In this document: positions 14,646-23,139 of the stretch, one piece after another
Layout of the letters: every line of letters begins with the position of its first letter
Position numbering within the stretch: the first letter of the stretch is position 1
Notes under the pieces: model-generated
Database searches by the model: none
Told to the model about the DNA's origin: nothing
What the model saw: the letters and a program-made list of their open reading frames with translations, nothing else
DNA from: Telmatocola sphagniphila
GTDB taxonomy: Bacteria; Planctomycetota; Planctomycetia; Gemmatales; Gemmataceae
Assembly: GCF_018398935.1 (NCBI RefSeq)
Contig: NZ_CP074694.1
Span: forward strand, 1,230,001-1,262,000
Length of the DNA: 32,000 nt
Reading direction: 5' to 3'
Made by a program: the position numbers and the translations under genes

Positions 14646-15767
14646 ATGAGCCAAACGATCGACCAGACGACTACTCAGGGTGTTCTCGAACTTCACCAAA
14701 AAGGCTACGGATTTCTTCGCAATCCCCAGCGATTTTATGCCCCTCAGCCGACCGACGCTTACGTTTCACAAGAATTAATTCGCAAACACAAACTCCGGGA
14801 AGGTTCGCTTCTCATGGGTCCCGTGGGACAACCGCAGAAAGGGACTGGGTCCGGGCCGAGACTGACGGGAATTGAACGGATAGAAAACTTTGAACTCGAA
14901 CTGTTCCGCCAACCCGATTGGGACGAACTGACGGCAATTGACCCTCGCGAAAAAATCAAACTCGAGACGGGGGCTCAACCTCTGACGACCCGAGTCATGG
15001 ATCTCTTTACGCCATTGGGTAAAGGTCAGCGTGGGTTGATCGTCGCCCCGCCCCGAACCGGTAAAACAGTGCTTCTGCAGCACATCGCGCAAGCTGTTTC
15101 GGTCAACCATCCGGAAATGCATCTGATGGTGCTTCTCGTTGATGAGCGGCCGGAAGAAGTGACCGAGATGAGACGAACTATCCGTGGAGAAGTGGTCGCC
15201 AGCTCCTCCGATAAAGATTCAGCCAATCATATCCGAACGGCCGAATTGGTGATGGAACGGGCCAAGCGATTGACTGAACAGGGTAAAGATGTTTTCGTGC
15301 TACTGGATAGCCTGACACGATTAGCCCGCGCCTATAACAAGGCGACGACAGGCGGTCGGACGATGTCGGGCGGGCTGGACAGCCGGGCCATGGAACTCCC
15401 CAAGAGACTGTTCGGCGCGGCCCGGGCTTTGGAAGAAGGCGGCAGTCTGACGGTCGTCGGCACCGCGTTGGTTGAAACCGGCTCCCGGATGGATGATGTG
15501 ATTTTTGAGGAATTCAAAGGTACTGGTAACATGGAACTTGTTCTGGATCGCAAGCTCAGCGATCGCAGAATTTACCCGGCTATTAATCTGGCGGAATCGG
15601 GGACTCGTAAAGAAGAGCGATTGCTAACAGAAGAAGATTATCGCCGTGTCTCGCTGATTCGACGCCACCTGGTGGATCTACCTCCAGTTCAGGCCATGGA
15701 AAATCTGCTGAAACACATGAGTAAAACTGAAAATAATCAGGCCTTTCTGGATAAGATGAAAGTCTAA
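14646..15767 (+). CDS. rho: Transcription termination factor Rho (short form lacking the N-terminal helix bundle)
   Basis: ATG at 14646, with TTG 14634 also possible. [14 protein letters not shown] (OB/CSD subdomain), [17 protein letters not shown] (Walker A), [13 protein letters not shown], and [17 protein letters not shown]. Confidence 0.95.
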   Translation: MSQTIDQTTTQGVLELHQKGYGFLRNPQRFYAPQPTDAYVSQELIRKHKLREGSLLMGPVGQPQKGTGSGPRLTGIERIENFELELFRQPDWDELTAIDPREKIKLETGAQPLTTRVMDLFTPLGKGQRGLIVAPPRTGKTVLLQHIAQAVSVNHPEMHLMVLLVDERPEEVTEMRRTIRGEVVASSSDKDSANHIRTAELVMERAKRLTEQGKDVFVLLDSLTRLARAYNKATTGGRTMSGGLDSRAMELPKRLFGAARALEEGGSLTVVGTALVETGSRMDDVIFEEFKGTGNMELVLDRKLSDRRIYPAINLAESGTRKEERLLTEEDYRRVSLIRRHLVDLPPVQAMENLLKHMSKTENNQAFLDKMKV

Positions 15768-15801
15768 TTTCTAAAGTACTTCGTCCAGTTTTTTTCGATA
15801 G

Positions 15802-17631
15802 ATGGGGGCAATCCTCATGTGGACCCCAACCGCCGACGAGATCAAGAAAACTCATATTCAGCAGGCTCTCGAATCTCATCACCTCGATTCTTACGAGCAG
15901 CTCCATGCCGATTCCGTCCGGAACTGGGAATCGTTTTGGCAAAGTATGATCGCCCAGTTTAAGGTTCGATTTTTCAAATCTCCGGCTGCAACCGCTGACA
16001 TTTCTCAGGGCATAGAACGAATCTCCTGGCTACCTGGTGCGGAATTAAATATTGCCGCGAGTGCACTGGAATCTCGGGAGCCCGAATTAAAAGCGATTGA
16101 ATTCCAGCGGCCGAATGGTTCGCGGGAGAGTTGGAGCTACGCCGAACTCAATCAAAAATCCCGGCAGGTGGCCGAAGGTTTGAAGCGGCTTGGGCTGCAA
16201 AAAGGGGACGCCATCGCCATTGATATGATGATGACGGTTGAATCTGTCGCCATCTATCTCGGCATCATCCTGATGGGTGGCGTCGTTGTCTCCATAGCGG
16301 ATAGCTTCCCAGCCGAAGAGATTGCCAAGCGACTTCGGATCAGCAACGCCAAGTTGATCTTCACACAGGATTTCCTTCTCCGAGGCGAGAAAACTTTCCC
16401 CTTATTCGAGCGTATAGTTGCGGCGAATTCTCCGCCAGCAATCGTACTATCCCTGCGGGAAAAAGGAACAGTTTCTCTACGATCTGGGGACCTATTTTGG
16501 AGTGAGTTCCTGCCACAGGAGGAGCTAAAAGAGGCTGCGAAATGCCTGGCGGAAGATCCGATCAACATTCTTTTTTCCTCCGGCACCACTGGGGATCCCA
16601 AGGCGATTCCCTGGAATCACACGATACCGATCAAAGCTGCGTCCGATGCTTTCTGGCATCACAATTTGCAGGAGGGGGATATTGTCTGCTGGCCAACCAA
16701 TCTGGGATGGATGATGGGACCTTGGCTGATTTTCGCGAGCCTTCTAAATCGTTGCACAATCGCGCTTTTTGAGGGATCTCCGTTGGAGCGTGAGTTCTGT
16801 GAATTCGTCGCGGATTCCCGGGTAACAATGCTCGGGGTCGTTCCCAGTCTGGTTAAAAATTGGAGGAAGAATAAGCTTCTGGAAGCAGTCGACTGGTCCA
16901 ACATCAAATGTTTTAGTTCGACGGGCGAGGCGAGCAGTCCGGAAGATTACACTTGGCTGATGTCCGCCGGGCAGAAGCCGAATGTCACCAAGCCGATTCT
17001 GGAATACTGCGGCGGAACTGAAATCGGCGGAGCATATATATCGAGCGCTCTTACCAAACCCAATGAACCGAGTATCTTCAACGCCAAAGTGATGGGAGTG
17101 GACTTCGTTGTGTTGAATGATTTGGGGCATCCTTGCTCTCAGGGTGAAGTCGGCGAGGTATTTCTGAAAACCCCTTCAATGGGGCTTTCAACCCGGTTGC
17201 TCAATCGAGATCATCACAAAATTTATTTTGAAGGATGCCCCAAGGGCCTTCGCAGGCATGGCGATCGTTTACGCATTCTAGGAAGCGAACGATATTGCTC
17301 GGATGGCCGAGCAGATAACACAATGAATCTGGGCGGTATAAAAACGAGTTCTGCAGAGATCGAAGCGGCCTTACGAGGGATACCAGAGATTCTGGAAGTC
17401 GCCGCAGTCGGAGTTCCGCCAAAGGCGGGCGGACCCGATCAATTAATTCTCTATGTCGTTTTGAAACAGCCTTCGGACCTTATTGAACTCCAGGGAAAAT
17501 GCCAGAAAAGCCTCTCCGCCAATCTCAATCCGCTATTCCGAATCCACGAAGTTCGGCTTTTGGAACATCTGCCGCGAACCGCTTCCAATAAAGTCATGCA
17601 TCGCGAGTTGCGAGATAGAGCACGTTGCTGA
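15802..17631 (+). CDS. AMP-dependent synthetase/ligase (acyl-/acetyl-CoA synthetase-like)
   Basis: ATG at 15802, 609 aa. AMP-binding motif LFSSGTTGDPKAIPW, a later YCGGTEIGG, and the C-terminal subdomain DGRADNTMNLGGIKTSSAEIE. Confidence 0.85.
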   Translation: MGAILMWTPTADEIKKTHIQQALESHHLDSYEQLHADSVRNWESFWQSMIAQFKVRFFKSPAATADISQGIERISWLPGAELNIAASALESREPELKAIEFQRPNGSRESWSYAELNQKSRQVAEGLKRLGLQKGDAIAIDMMMTVESVAIYLGIILMGGVVVSIADSFPAEEIAKRLRISNAKLIFTQDFLLRGEKTFPLFERIVAANSPPAIVLSLREKGTVSLRSGDLFWSEFLPQEELKEAAKCLAEDPINILFSSGTTGDPKAIPWNHTIPIKAASDAFWHHNLQEGDIVCWPTNLGWMMGPWLIFASLLNRCTIALFEGSPLEREFCEFVADSRVTMLGVVPSLVKNWRKNKLLEAVDWSNIKCFSSTGEASSPEDYTWLMSAGQKPNVTKPILEYCGGTEIGGAYISSALTKPNEPSIFNAKVMGVDFVVLNDLGHPCSQGEVGEVFLKTPSMGLSTRLLNRDHHKIYFEGCPKGLRRHGDRLRILGSERYCSDGRADNTMNLGGIKTSSAEIEAALRGIPEILEVAAVGVPPKAGGPDQLILYVVLKQPSDLIELQGKCQKSLSANLNPLFRIHEVRLLEHLPRTASNKVMHRELRDRARC

Positions 17632-17633
17632 GA

Positions 17634-18884
17634 TTATTTTGCGGCCAGTTCTTCAAGTACCGCTTCTGCCGTTCTTCGACCCGAGACGAAAGCCCCTTGA
17701 ATAGAAGCCGTGTCTCGATGGTCGCCACAAACGTAGAGTCCCTTTTTCAATCGCACTTCCCGTTGCGGTTTCTCCAACACGGCCGCGGGCTGCGAGGGAA
17801 GCGCGAAAGGTATCTGGTAAGTTTTCAAATGACGCCAGGTTTTCACCTGGTCGCCGAACCAGCGTTCCATCTGAGCGAGTACTTCCAATTCCAGCGCCTC
17901 GAATGGCTGCATCCCACCATTTATTACTGTGATCGAGATCAGATTCTGACCAGTCGGGGCATATTCCGGAGCTACCAAATTCGGTACACACAAATTATTT
18001 ACCGGTCCACTCCCTTCGCCGTTGAGAACGAGTATGGGTTTATGAATCGGAGCCTGTGGGGATGCATAATAGAGACAAGTCACACCCTGGGGATGCGTGT
18101 GGAAGTCCCCGTTCAGCAATTTATTAGCGGCGGGGGCTTCGGTAGCGACGACGATGACCTTCGAGGGGATTTTTTCGCCAGACTCAGTCACAATCAGGCC
18201 CGAATCGAGATCATCGACGCGGGTCGAGAGTCGAATGCTCGATCTCGGCAAGTTCTTCGCTAACTGATCGGGAATGGCCTGCATACCTTTAGCGGGGAGG
18301 CAGGCGCGACCGAGCGAGAACATTTTGAACACAAACTCAAACATTCGACTTGAGGTTTGGAGCGCAGGATCCAGAAAAATACCGCCGAGGAATGGCTTAA
18401 AGAAGGTATTTGTTATCGAGGAACTGAAACCCCGGTTCACAAGAGCCTGTTGTGTGGTGGTGTTCGCACGCTGAAATAAGTTCTCAATTGAGGCGTTCTT
18501 CACGGCCGACCGAAGACCAGCGACTTTCCATTTATCCCTAAAAGTGCCTATCGGGGCAAAAAGGGATCTCAGTCCACTCAGAGGCTTTCGCCAGGGATCG
18601 GCGAAAAGGTGAAATTTTTCTTTGTGACGAATCAGAGCACCCGGTTCGAATGCTCGCAGATTCAATTGGGAATAATCGAGAATTTTTTGAGCTTCGGGAT
18701 AAGCATCGAGGAACACTTGAAAGCCTCGATCGAGCTGGAATCCGTCAACTCGATCGGTAGCAATACGGCCGCCGACGCGATCTGACGCTTCCAGAATCTG
18801 AAAGGATTTGCCGGCTTCCTGAAGATGCCGAGCACAGCTCAGGCCGGCCAACCCTGCACCGATTATCGTGATTTCCGGAGTCAT
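17634..18884 (-). CDS. FAD-dependent oxidoreductase, amine-oxidase/phytoene-desaturase superfamily
   Basis: ATG at 18884 gives [18 protein letters not shown] (Rossmann GxGxxG). The ORF track extends to TTG 18899. Also [10 protein letters not shown] and DRGFQVF. Confidence 0.85.
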   Translation of the reverse strand: MTPEITIIGAGLAGLSCARHLQEAGKSFQILEASDRVGGRIATDRVDGFQLDRGFQVFLDAYPEAQKILDYSQLNLRAFEPGALIRHKEKFHLFADPWRKPLSGLRSLFAPIGTFRDKWKVAGLRSAVKNASIENLFQRANTTTQQALVNRGFSSSITNTFFKPFLGGIFLDPALQTSSRMFEFVFKMFSLGRACLPAKGMQAIPDQLAKNLPRSSIRLSTRVDDLDSGLIVTESGEKIPSKVIVVATEAPAANKLLNGDFHTHPQGVTCLYYASPQAPIHKPILVLNGEGSGPVNNLCVPNLVAPEYAPTGQNLISITVINGGMQPFEALELEVLAQMERWFGDQVKTWRHLKTYQIPFALPSQPAAVLEKPQREVRLKKGLYVCGDHRDTASIQGAFVSGRRTAEAVLEELAAK

Positions 18885-18899
18885 AGATGAATCCGACAA

Positions 18900-20021
18900 T
18901 TAAAGCACTCTAGCCAACTGGCAATCGATTTTTCCATTCATGAACTGGTGCTTTTCCAGCACTTTGAGCTTCGTAGCCCTTAAAAGATTGCGATTCCCGG
19001 TAAAGATCCAGCATTTCCAGCCTGTGCAGCGAGTCTTGATGATCTTTCCAATTTGCTGATATAGCTCTATCAGGTCTTCCTCTTCCCCAATACGCTCCCC
19101 ATAGGGGGGATTCATCAGAATCGTTCCTGGCTTACCTTCAGACGGCACAAATTTATACAGCCCCTGGGCTCTCAATTCCACGAGATGACCTACACCGGCC
19201 GCATTAGCATTCTTAGACGCCAATTCGATCACGTCGACCCGTTCGTCGTAGCCGATGATTGGGGCCAGGAGTGCTTTCTTCAAGTCGTTTCGGGCTTCAT
19301 CCCGCACGTTTGCCCACTCACCTTTGTCGTAGTCCAGCCAACCCATGAAACCGAAATGTTTTCGAGTCAAACCAGGAGCACGATTCAGAGCCATCCAACT
19401 CGCTTCGATCGGCAGAGTTGCGGATCCGCACATCGGATCGCAAAAGGGCTCATCCGGTTTCCACCCCGTTTGCAGGATCAAGGCTGCGGCGAGAGCTTCA
19501 TTCAAGGGAGCGATTGTTTGGATCGGGCGATAGCCCCGCTTGTGTAATGATTCGCAGGAGCTATCCAGACTGATCGATGCTTCGTTTCGAAAGATGTGCA
19601 GATTAAACTGCACCATCGGCTCGCGCAGATTCACGCTCGGCCGTTTACCGCAACGTGCGATGAATTGATCACAAATGGCATCTTTCACTCGCTGCGCGGC
19701 GAACAGGGAGTGTGTGATGGCCGAGTCGCGAACATTGCAATCGATGGCGAAAGTATGCTCCAAAGTGAGATATTTTTCCCAGTCGATGGTCTGCGCGGCC
19801 TGATAGAGTTCGTCGGTACTTTGAACGGGGAATGTCCTTAACGGTTGGAGAACCCGCACGGCCGTTCTAAGATGCAGATTCGACTTATAGAGAACTCGTC
19901 GGTTTCCCTGAAAGTGAACACCGCCTCGTCCAGGTTGAATGTCCGAAGCAGCGATTTTTTCGAGTTCGCGGGCGAGAAAAGGTTCAAATCCTCGTGCACA
20001 CGTCGCAAAAAAAGACGTCAT
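18900..20021 (-). CDS. THUMP-domain class I SAM-dependent RNA methyltransferase (RlmL/YpsC-like)
   Basis: ATG at 20021 overlaps the upstream stop (ATGA). 373 aa, with SAM motif I DPMCGSATLPIEA and motif IV NPPYGERIG. Confidence 0.85.
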   Translation of the reverse strand: MTSFFATCARGFEPFLARELEKIAASDIQPGRGGVHFQGNRRVLYKSNLHLRTAVRVLQPLRTFPVQSTDELYQAAQTIDWEKYLTLEHTFAIDCNVRDSAITHSLFAAQRVKDAICDQFIARCGKRPSVNLREPMVQFNLHIFRNEASISLDSSCESLHKRGYRPIQTIAPLNEALAAALILQTGWKPDEPFCDPMCGSATLPIEASWMALNRAPGLTRKHFGFMGWLDYDKGEWANVRDEARNDLKKALLAPIIGYDERVDVIELASKNANAAGVGHLVELRAQGLYKFVPSEGKPGTILMNPPYGERIGEEEDLIELYQQIGKIIKTRCTGWKCWIFTGNRNLLRATKLKVLEKHQFMNGKIDCQLARVL

Positions 20022-21220
20022 TCCGCAGCCACCGGCGGCTCGAGTCGCGCACGCAGCTTATTCAGAGTCTTGGTGGCTTGATCGCGAACCTTCACATCGG
20101 TGTCGTTCGAAACCATGTCCTCGAGGGAATTCAAAGCGGAAAATGCCGGGGCTCCCATTTGACCGAGATTGAATGCGGCCATAAGTCGAACGCTGGCGTC
20201 TCGATCCTCCAATGCCCGGGTCAAAGCGTCGGCGACATCCTTGGATTCTTTACCCAGTACCATCATGGGACGGATGAGCTGGTAATCTCGAGTCAGGCCA
20301 CCGCGCTCAAAAGCCTCGATCAGCTCCGGCAAAGCCGATTTGGCAATATCGCCCATACCGGCCAGAGTGTCTGCGATTTTGCGTCGGAAAGGGGCATCCG
20401 CCGCCAGCTTGATACCGAGTTTTAAGATCGGCAGGGAATCGGGGCTAATTTCGCCGTAATCGTTCCTGCCTTCATCGAGAAGTTTTTCAACTGCTTTGAT
20501 TACCGGGCCGCCACGATCGGTCTTCTTACCACCCGATTTTTCCTGTAGCTTGGTCAAGGCTGCCTGCATGTCCAGTTTATAAGCGATCTGGAAGCTTCGA
20601 CTTTCGGGGCTCAAAGTCGGCCAGAGATCGGGCAGGATATCCTTCCCGAATGCGGGCAACGCGAGTTCCAGCATAGCCAGGTAAACCGGGGCAGTTTTCT
20701 TCTCACTTAAGGCCTGCAGATAGATCTGAAGCAATCGAAGGTCAGTAATGGTCCCGTCATTGTTGGTCGATTCCAACATGGTGATCTGTTCTTCGGGCTT
20801 GACGCGCTTGGCAAACGGTCGAGATTCGGGAACCAGGGCATACACAGCCTGTGTCAGCATCGGAGTCGACCAGGAGGGGCCCGCTTCGAATTCTTCGAGT
20901 TCACCGGGAACGTTCACGAAGAGGTTTTTCACTTCGGCGAGGTGGATCTGGTCGATGGTTTCCAGAATTGGCCAAACAATCTCATCCTGATCGGCCTCGT
21001 GGATGGATTTGAGGCTGGCGACAACATTTTCGGGTAGATCTTCTGACACTTTCGCAGACACTTGCTCTTTAAGGTGCGAAAGATCAGCCTGATCGATACC
21101 GGTCGCCAGGACGGTAGCCAGTTCGTTATTCAGATTCGTGAGCGTCGTGTTGGCCATATTTTCAAACTCCCGAATGCCGGGTTTAAATATCGATGTCGAA
21201 ACCTCAGAATAATAACTCAA
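20018..21220 (-). CDS. Hypothetical protein with C-terminal HEAT repeats
   Basis: 400 aa from TTG 21220, which overlaps the upstream stop as TTGA. An alternative ATG at 21157 is preceded by GGGAG. The first ~270 aa have no motif I recognise. Confidence 0.7.
   Translation of the reverse strand: MSYYSEVSTSIFKPGIREFENMANTTLTNLNNELATVLATGIDQADLSHLKEQVSAKVSEDLPENVVASLKSIHEADQDEIVWPILETIDQIHLAEVKNLFVNVPGELEEFEAGPSWSTPMLTQAVYALVPESRPFAKRVKPEEQITMLESTNNDGTITDLRLLQIYLQALSEKKTAPVYLAMLELALPAFGKDILPDLWPTLSPESRSFQIAYKLDMQAALTKLQEKSGGKKTDRGGPVIKAVEKLLDEGRNDYGEISPDSLPILKLGIKLAADAPFRRKIADTLAGMGDIAKSALPELIEAFERGGLTRDYQLIRPMMVLGKESKDVADALTRALEDRDASVRLMAAFNLGQMGAPAFSALNSLEDMVSNDTDVKVRDQATKTLNKLRARLEPPVAAE
20036..20413 (-). 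other. HEAT-repeat region (aa ~270-395)
   Basis: LEDRDASVRLMAAFNLGQMGAPAFSALNSLEDMVSNDTDVKVRDQATKTLNKL is a PBS-lyase-type HEAT pattern (D.d..VR..Aa.aLG). Confidence 0.6.
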
Positions 21221-22635
21221 ACACCAATTTTCAGATGGTGCTTGGGCGTGATCATAGCGAGGGGATAAGCAATAATTTGCTTTCCACTCACCGCCAGCCG
21301 CACCAGAAGAGCCGGAGATTCAGATCGCAGCATCGCAGCCGCCCGCTTGAAGTTGAACAGGTGTGAGTAGTCTTTTCGGCGGTCGCGAAGTTCGAGCCGG
21401 CCGCCGTTAGAATCTTCCACAACGACCTTATCGTTGACCTTCCCCAACTTGGCACATCGAAGCAGTAATACCGCTTCTGTAGGCGCGAAAGGTTTCTCGA
21501 GCTGACTCCGGAATTCGTCAATGACCGGTTCGAATTCGGGTATGGCATGTCCATAAGTGGCTTCCAGAGCTTCCGAACTCGATACGCCGGTCGTTTCACT
21601 GTTCTTTTCCCAGCGCACCCGGCGATTCAGGGAGCCGGGATAGAGAACTGCATCGGGAACATGAATCGGAGTCGTATAACTGACCTGTTCAGGAATGGGA
21701 GTCAGTCCTTTGAACGGCCGGTAAGCGACTGACTGGTGCAGTTCACCCGTATTGAGATCGAGAAGGTTGCTGACTTCCATACGTGTTGCACGACCTTCAT
21801 CGTCCAGCCTTTCGTAGGCCAGTTCGAAGAGCGAAAGATCGGTTTTCCCGTAGCCGCGGGCCTTCAGGTCGGAAATCGACCAGTGCATATCGAGGAACTG
21901 CTCCAGCAGATAATCCTCTTCGCTGGGTTTGCTGGTATCGGTTCCCAGGAAATGGATGGTCTTCTTGAGTACAGCTTCGCAATTTGCGAGGGCGGAGGCT
22001 CCCAGGAGATTCTTCTCCGGATCTTTCAACCCTTTTTCTTTGCCGACCAGAGCCACCCGCTTGAATTGGGCTGCGAGAGAAGGCAATGAGGCCTCATTCA
22101 GCTGTTTGCAAAGCTTTTCGAATTGCTCGGCCCGGTTCTCGCTGAACCAGTTTCCTTTAGCGGCCAGATCGACTAGCATATGATTGGCGGCTTCGAGTGC
22201 CTCTAATCGCAGAAGTTGCTTCTTCTCTTCGTCCTTCTTACCACCCTTCTTCGCAAATACCCCCTTTTTCCGCTCTTCCGCGGCCAGCACCTTTTCCCGT
22301 CGGGCAAGGAGTTCGATGGATGGGGATTTTACGCCGAAAGAATCCGGATTATGAGCATATTTCAGCAGCATACCGAGTGTATATTTATCGGGATGATATC
22401 TGCTGGGGCTGGTACTTTGCAAAACAGGCTGATTCGGGATGTGGAAATCGGCCGATAGCTTATACGGAGCCGGTCCCATTCCAGTAAACTCGCCTAACAT
22501 CCAGGTACCGTCGCTGGATGTCCCCAAGTTCTGCAGCCGAGAGCTTTGGCTGATTTCCGACGCAGCTTTAAAGCTGGCTTCATCCGGGGCCAGGGTTCGA
22601 ACAAAATCTTCGGTTAGCGGGGCATTCAGGGGCAT
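21217..22635 (-). CDS. SWIM-like family protein with degenerate (ligand-less) SWIM motif
   Basis: ATG at 22635 is preceded by AAGGTGG 7 nt upstream. The ORF track starts at GTG 22653. The N-terminus LAPDEASFKAA...WMLGEFTGMGPAPYKLSADF...STSPSRYHPDKYTLGMLL parallels the bacterial SWIM proteins (CxCPS....PCKH.L.LL). Confidence 0.7.
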   Translation of the reverse strand: MPLNAPLTEDFVRTLAPDEASFKAASEISQSSRLQNLGTSSDGTWMLGEFTGMGPAPYKLSADFHIPNQPVLQSTSPSRYHPDKYTLGMLLKYAHNPDSFGVKSPSIELLARREKVLAAEERKKGVFAKKGGKKDEEKKQLLRLEALEAANHMLVDLAAKGNWFSENRAEQFEKLCKQLNEASLPSLAAQFKRVALVGKEKGLKDPEKNLLGASALANCEAVLKKTIHFLGTDTSKPSEEDYLLEQFLDMHWSISDLKARGYGKTDLSLFELAYERLDDEGRATRMEVSNLLDLNTGELHQSVAYRPFKGLTPIPEQVSYTTPIHVPDAVLYPGSLNRRVRWEKNSETTGVSSSEALEATYGHAIPEFEPVIDEFRSQLEKPFAPTEAVLLLRCAKLGKVNDKVVVEDSNGGRLELRDRRKDYSHLFNFKRAAAMLRSESPALLVRLAVSGKQIIAYPLAMITPKHHLKIGV

Positions 22636-22754
22636 ACCGGTCCCACCTTCCACCTAAGGATGCTTCGCAAGAAGTAAATCTAATAAGCAGAAATTATATG
22701 AAGAGTTGGGTCAATTGAGAGAAAATTGAGTCGGATTCTTCATTACATTGACGT

Positions 22755-22764
22755 AATTGCAATT
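22755..22764. promoter_or_regulatory. Perfect 10-bp palindrome AATTGCAATT in the AT-rich region upstream of the SWIM-like operon
   Basis: Read directly, about 120 nt upstream of the ATG at 22635 on the minus strand. AATTGAG is also repeated at 22713 and 22724, an 11-bp spacing. Confidence 0.25.
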
Positions 22765-22879
22765 CAAACCGGTAATCTAGGCAAAACCAACGTCACTCTG
22801 GCCGTTCAAACTCCGGACGGGAGTGAATTTTTGTTTATCGAAGCCTTATAGTGCGCTTAAAGTGTCTTCTCACAAGACT

Positions 22880-23131
22880 TTACCAGCCCAATTTCTCCCG
22901 CAGTTCCTGCAGTCCCCCGGTGAAAGCGGCATTGGAAGTTTGGTATGTCAGGCCGCCGTCCAAACGCTTGCCATTGTTGGTTTGCGTAATGGAACAGGTG
23001 AAGTTGCCTTTGGCCGGTTTGGTCACCAGTCTGTATTGCGGATGTTCGTTCAACAGTACCAGCCAGGTCGTATCGTTCAAGCCTGCGCGTAAGTTGCCGT
23101 CTCGCAATTTCAACCAATCGGGAACATTCAT
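22880..23131 (-). CDS. Small hypothetical protein (83 aa) downstream of, and probably co-translated with, the MFS transporter
   Basis: ATG at 23131 lies 8 nt after the MFS stop. GTG 23143 would give a GTGA overlap. MNVPDWLKLRDGNLRAGL...GGLQELREKLGW is non-repetitive and protein-like. No family recognised. Confidence 0.5.
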   Translation of the reverse strand: MNVPDWLKLRDGNLRAGLNDTTWLVLLNEHPQYRLVTKPAKGNFTCSITQTNNGKRLDGGLTYQTSNAAFTGGLQELREKLGW

Positions 23132-23139
23132 CGTAAGTC

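Noticed and set aside
17625-18263. 212-aa + strand ORF
   Set aside because: It is antisense to the FAD oxidoreductase, which has a clear Rossmann N-terminus. No motifs.
18638-18652. GGTTCGAAT T-loop-like string (also near 21533)
   Set aside because: The flanking bases do not form a T-stem or the rest of a cloverleaf. Both copies sit inside coding sequence.
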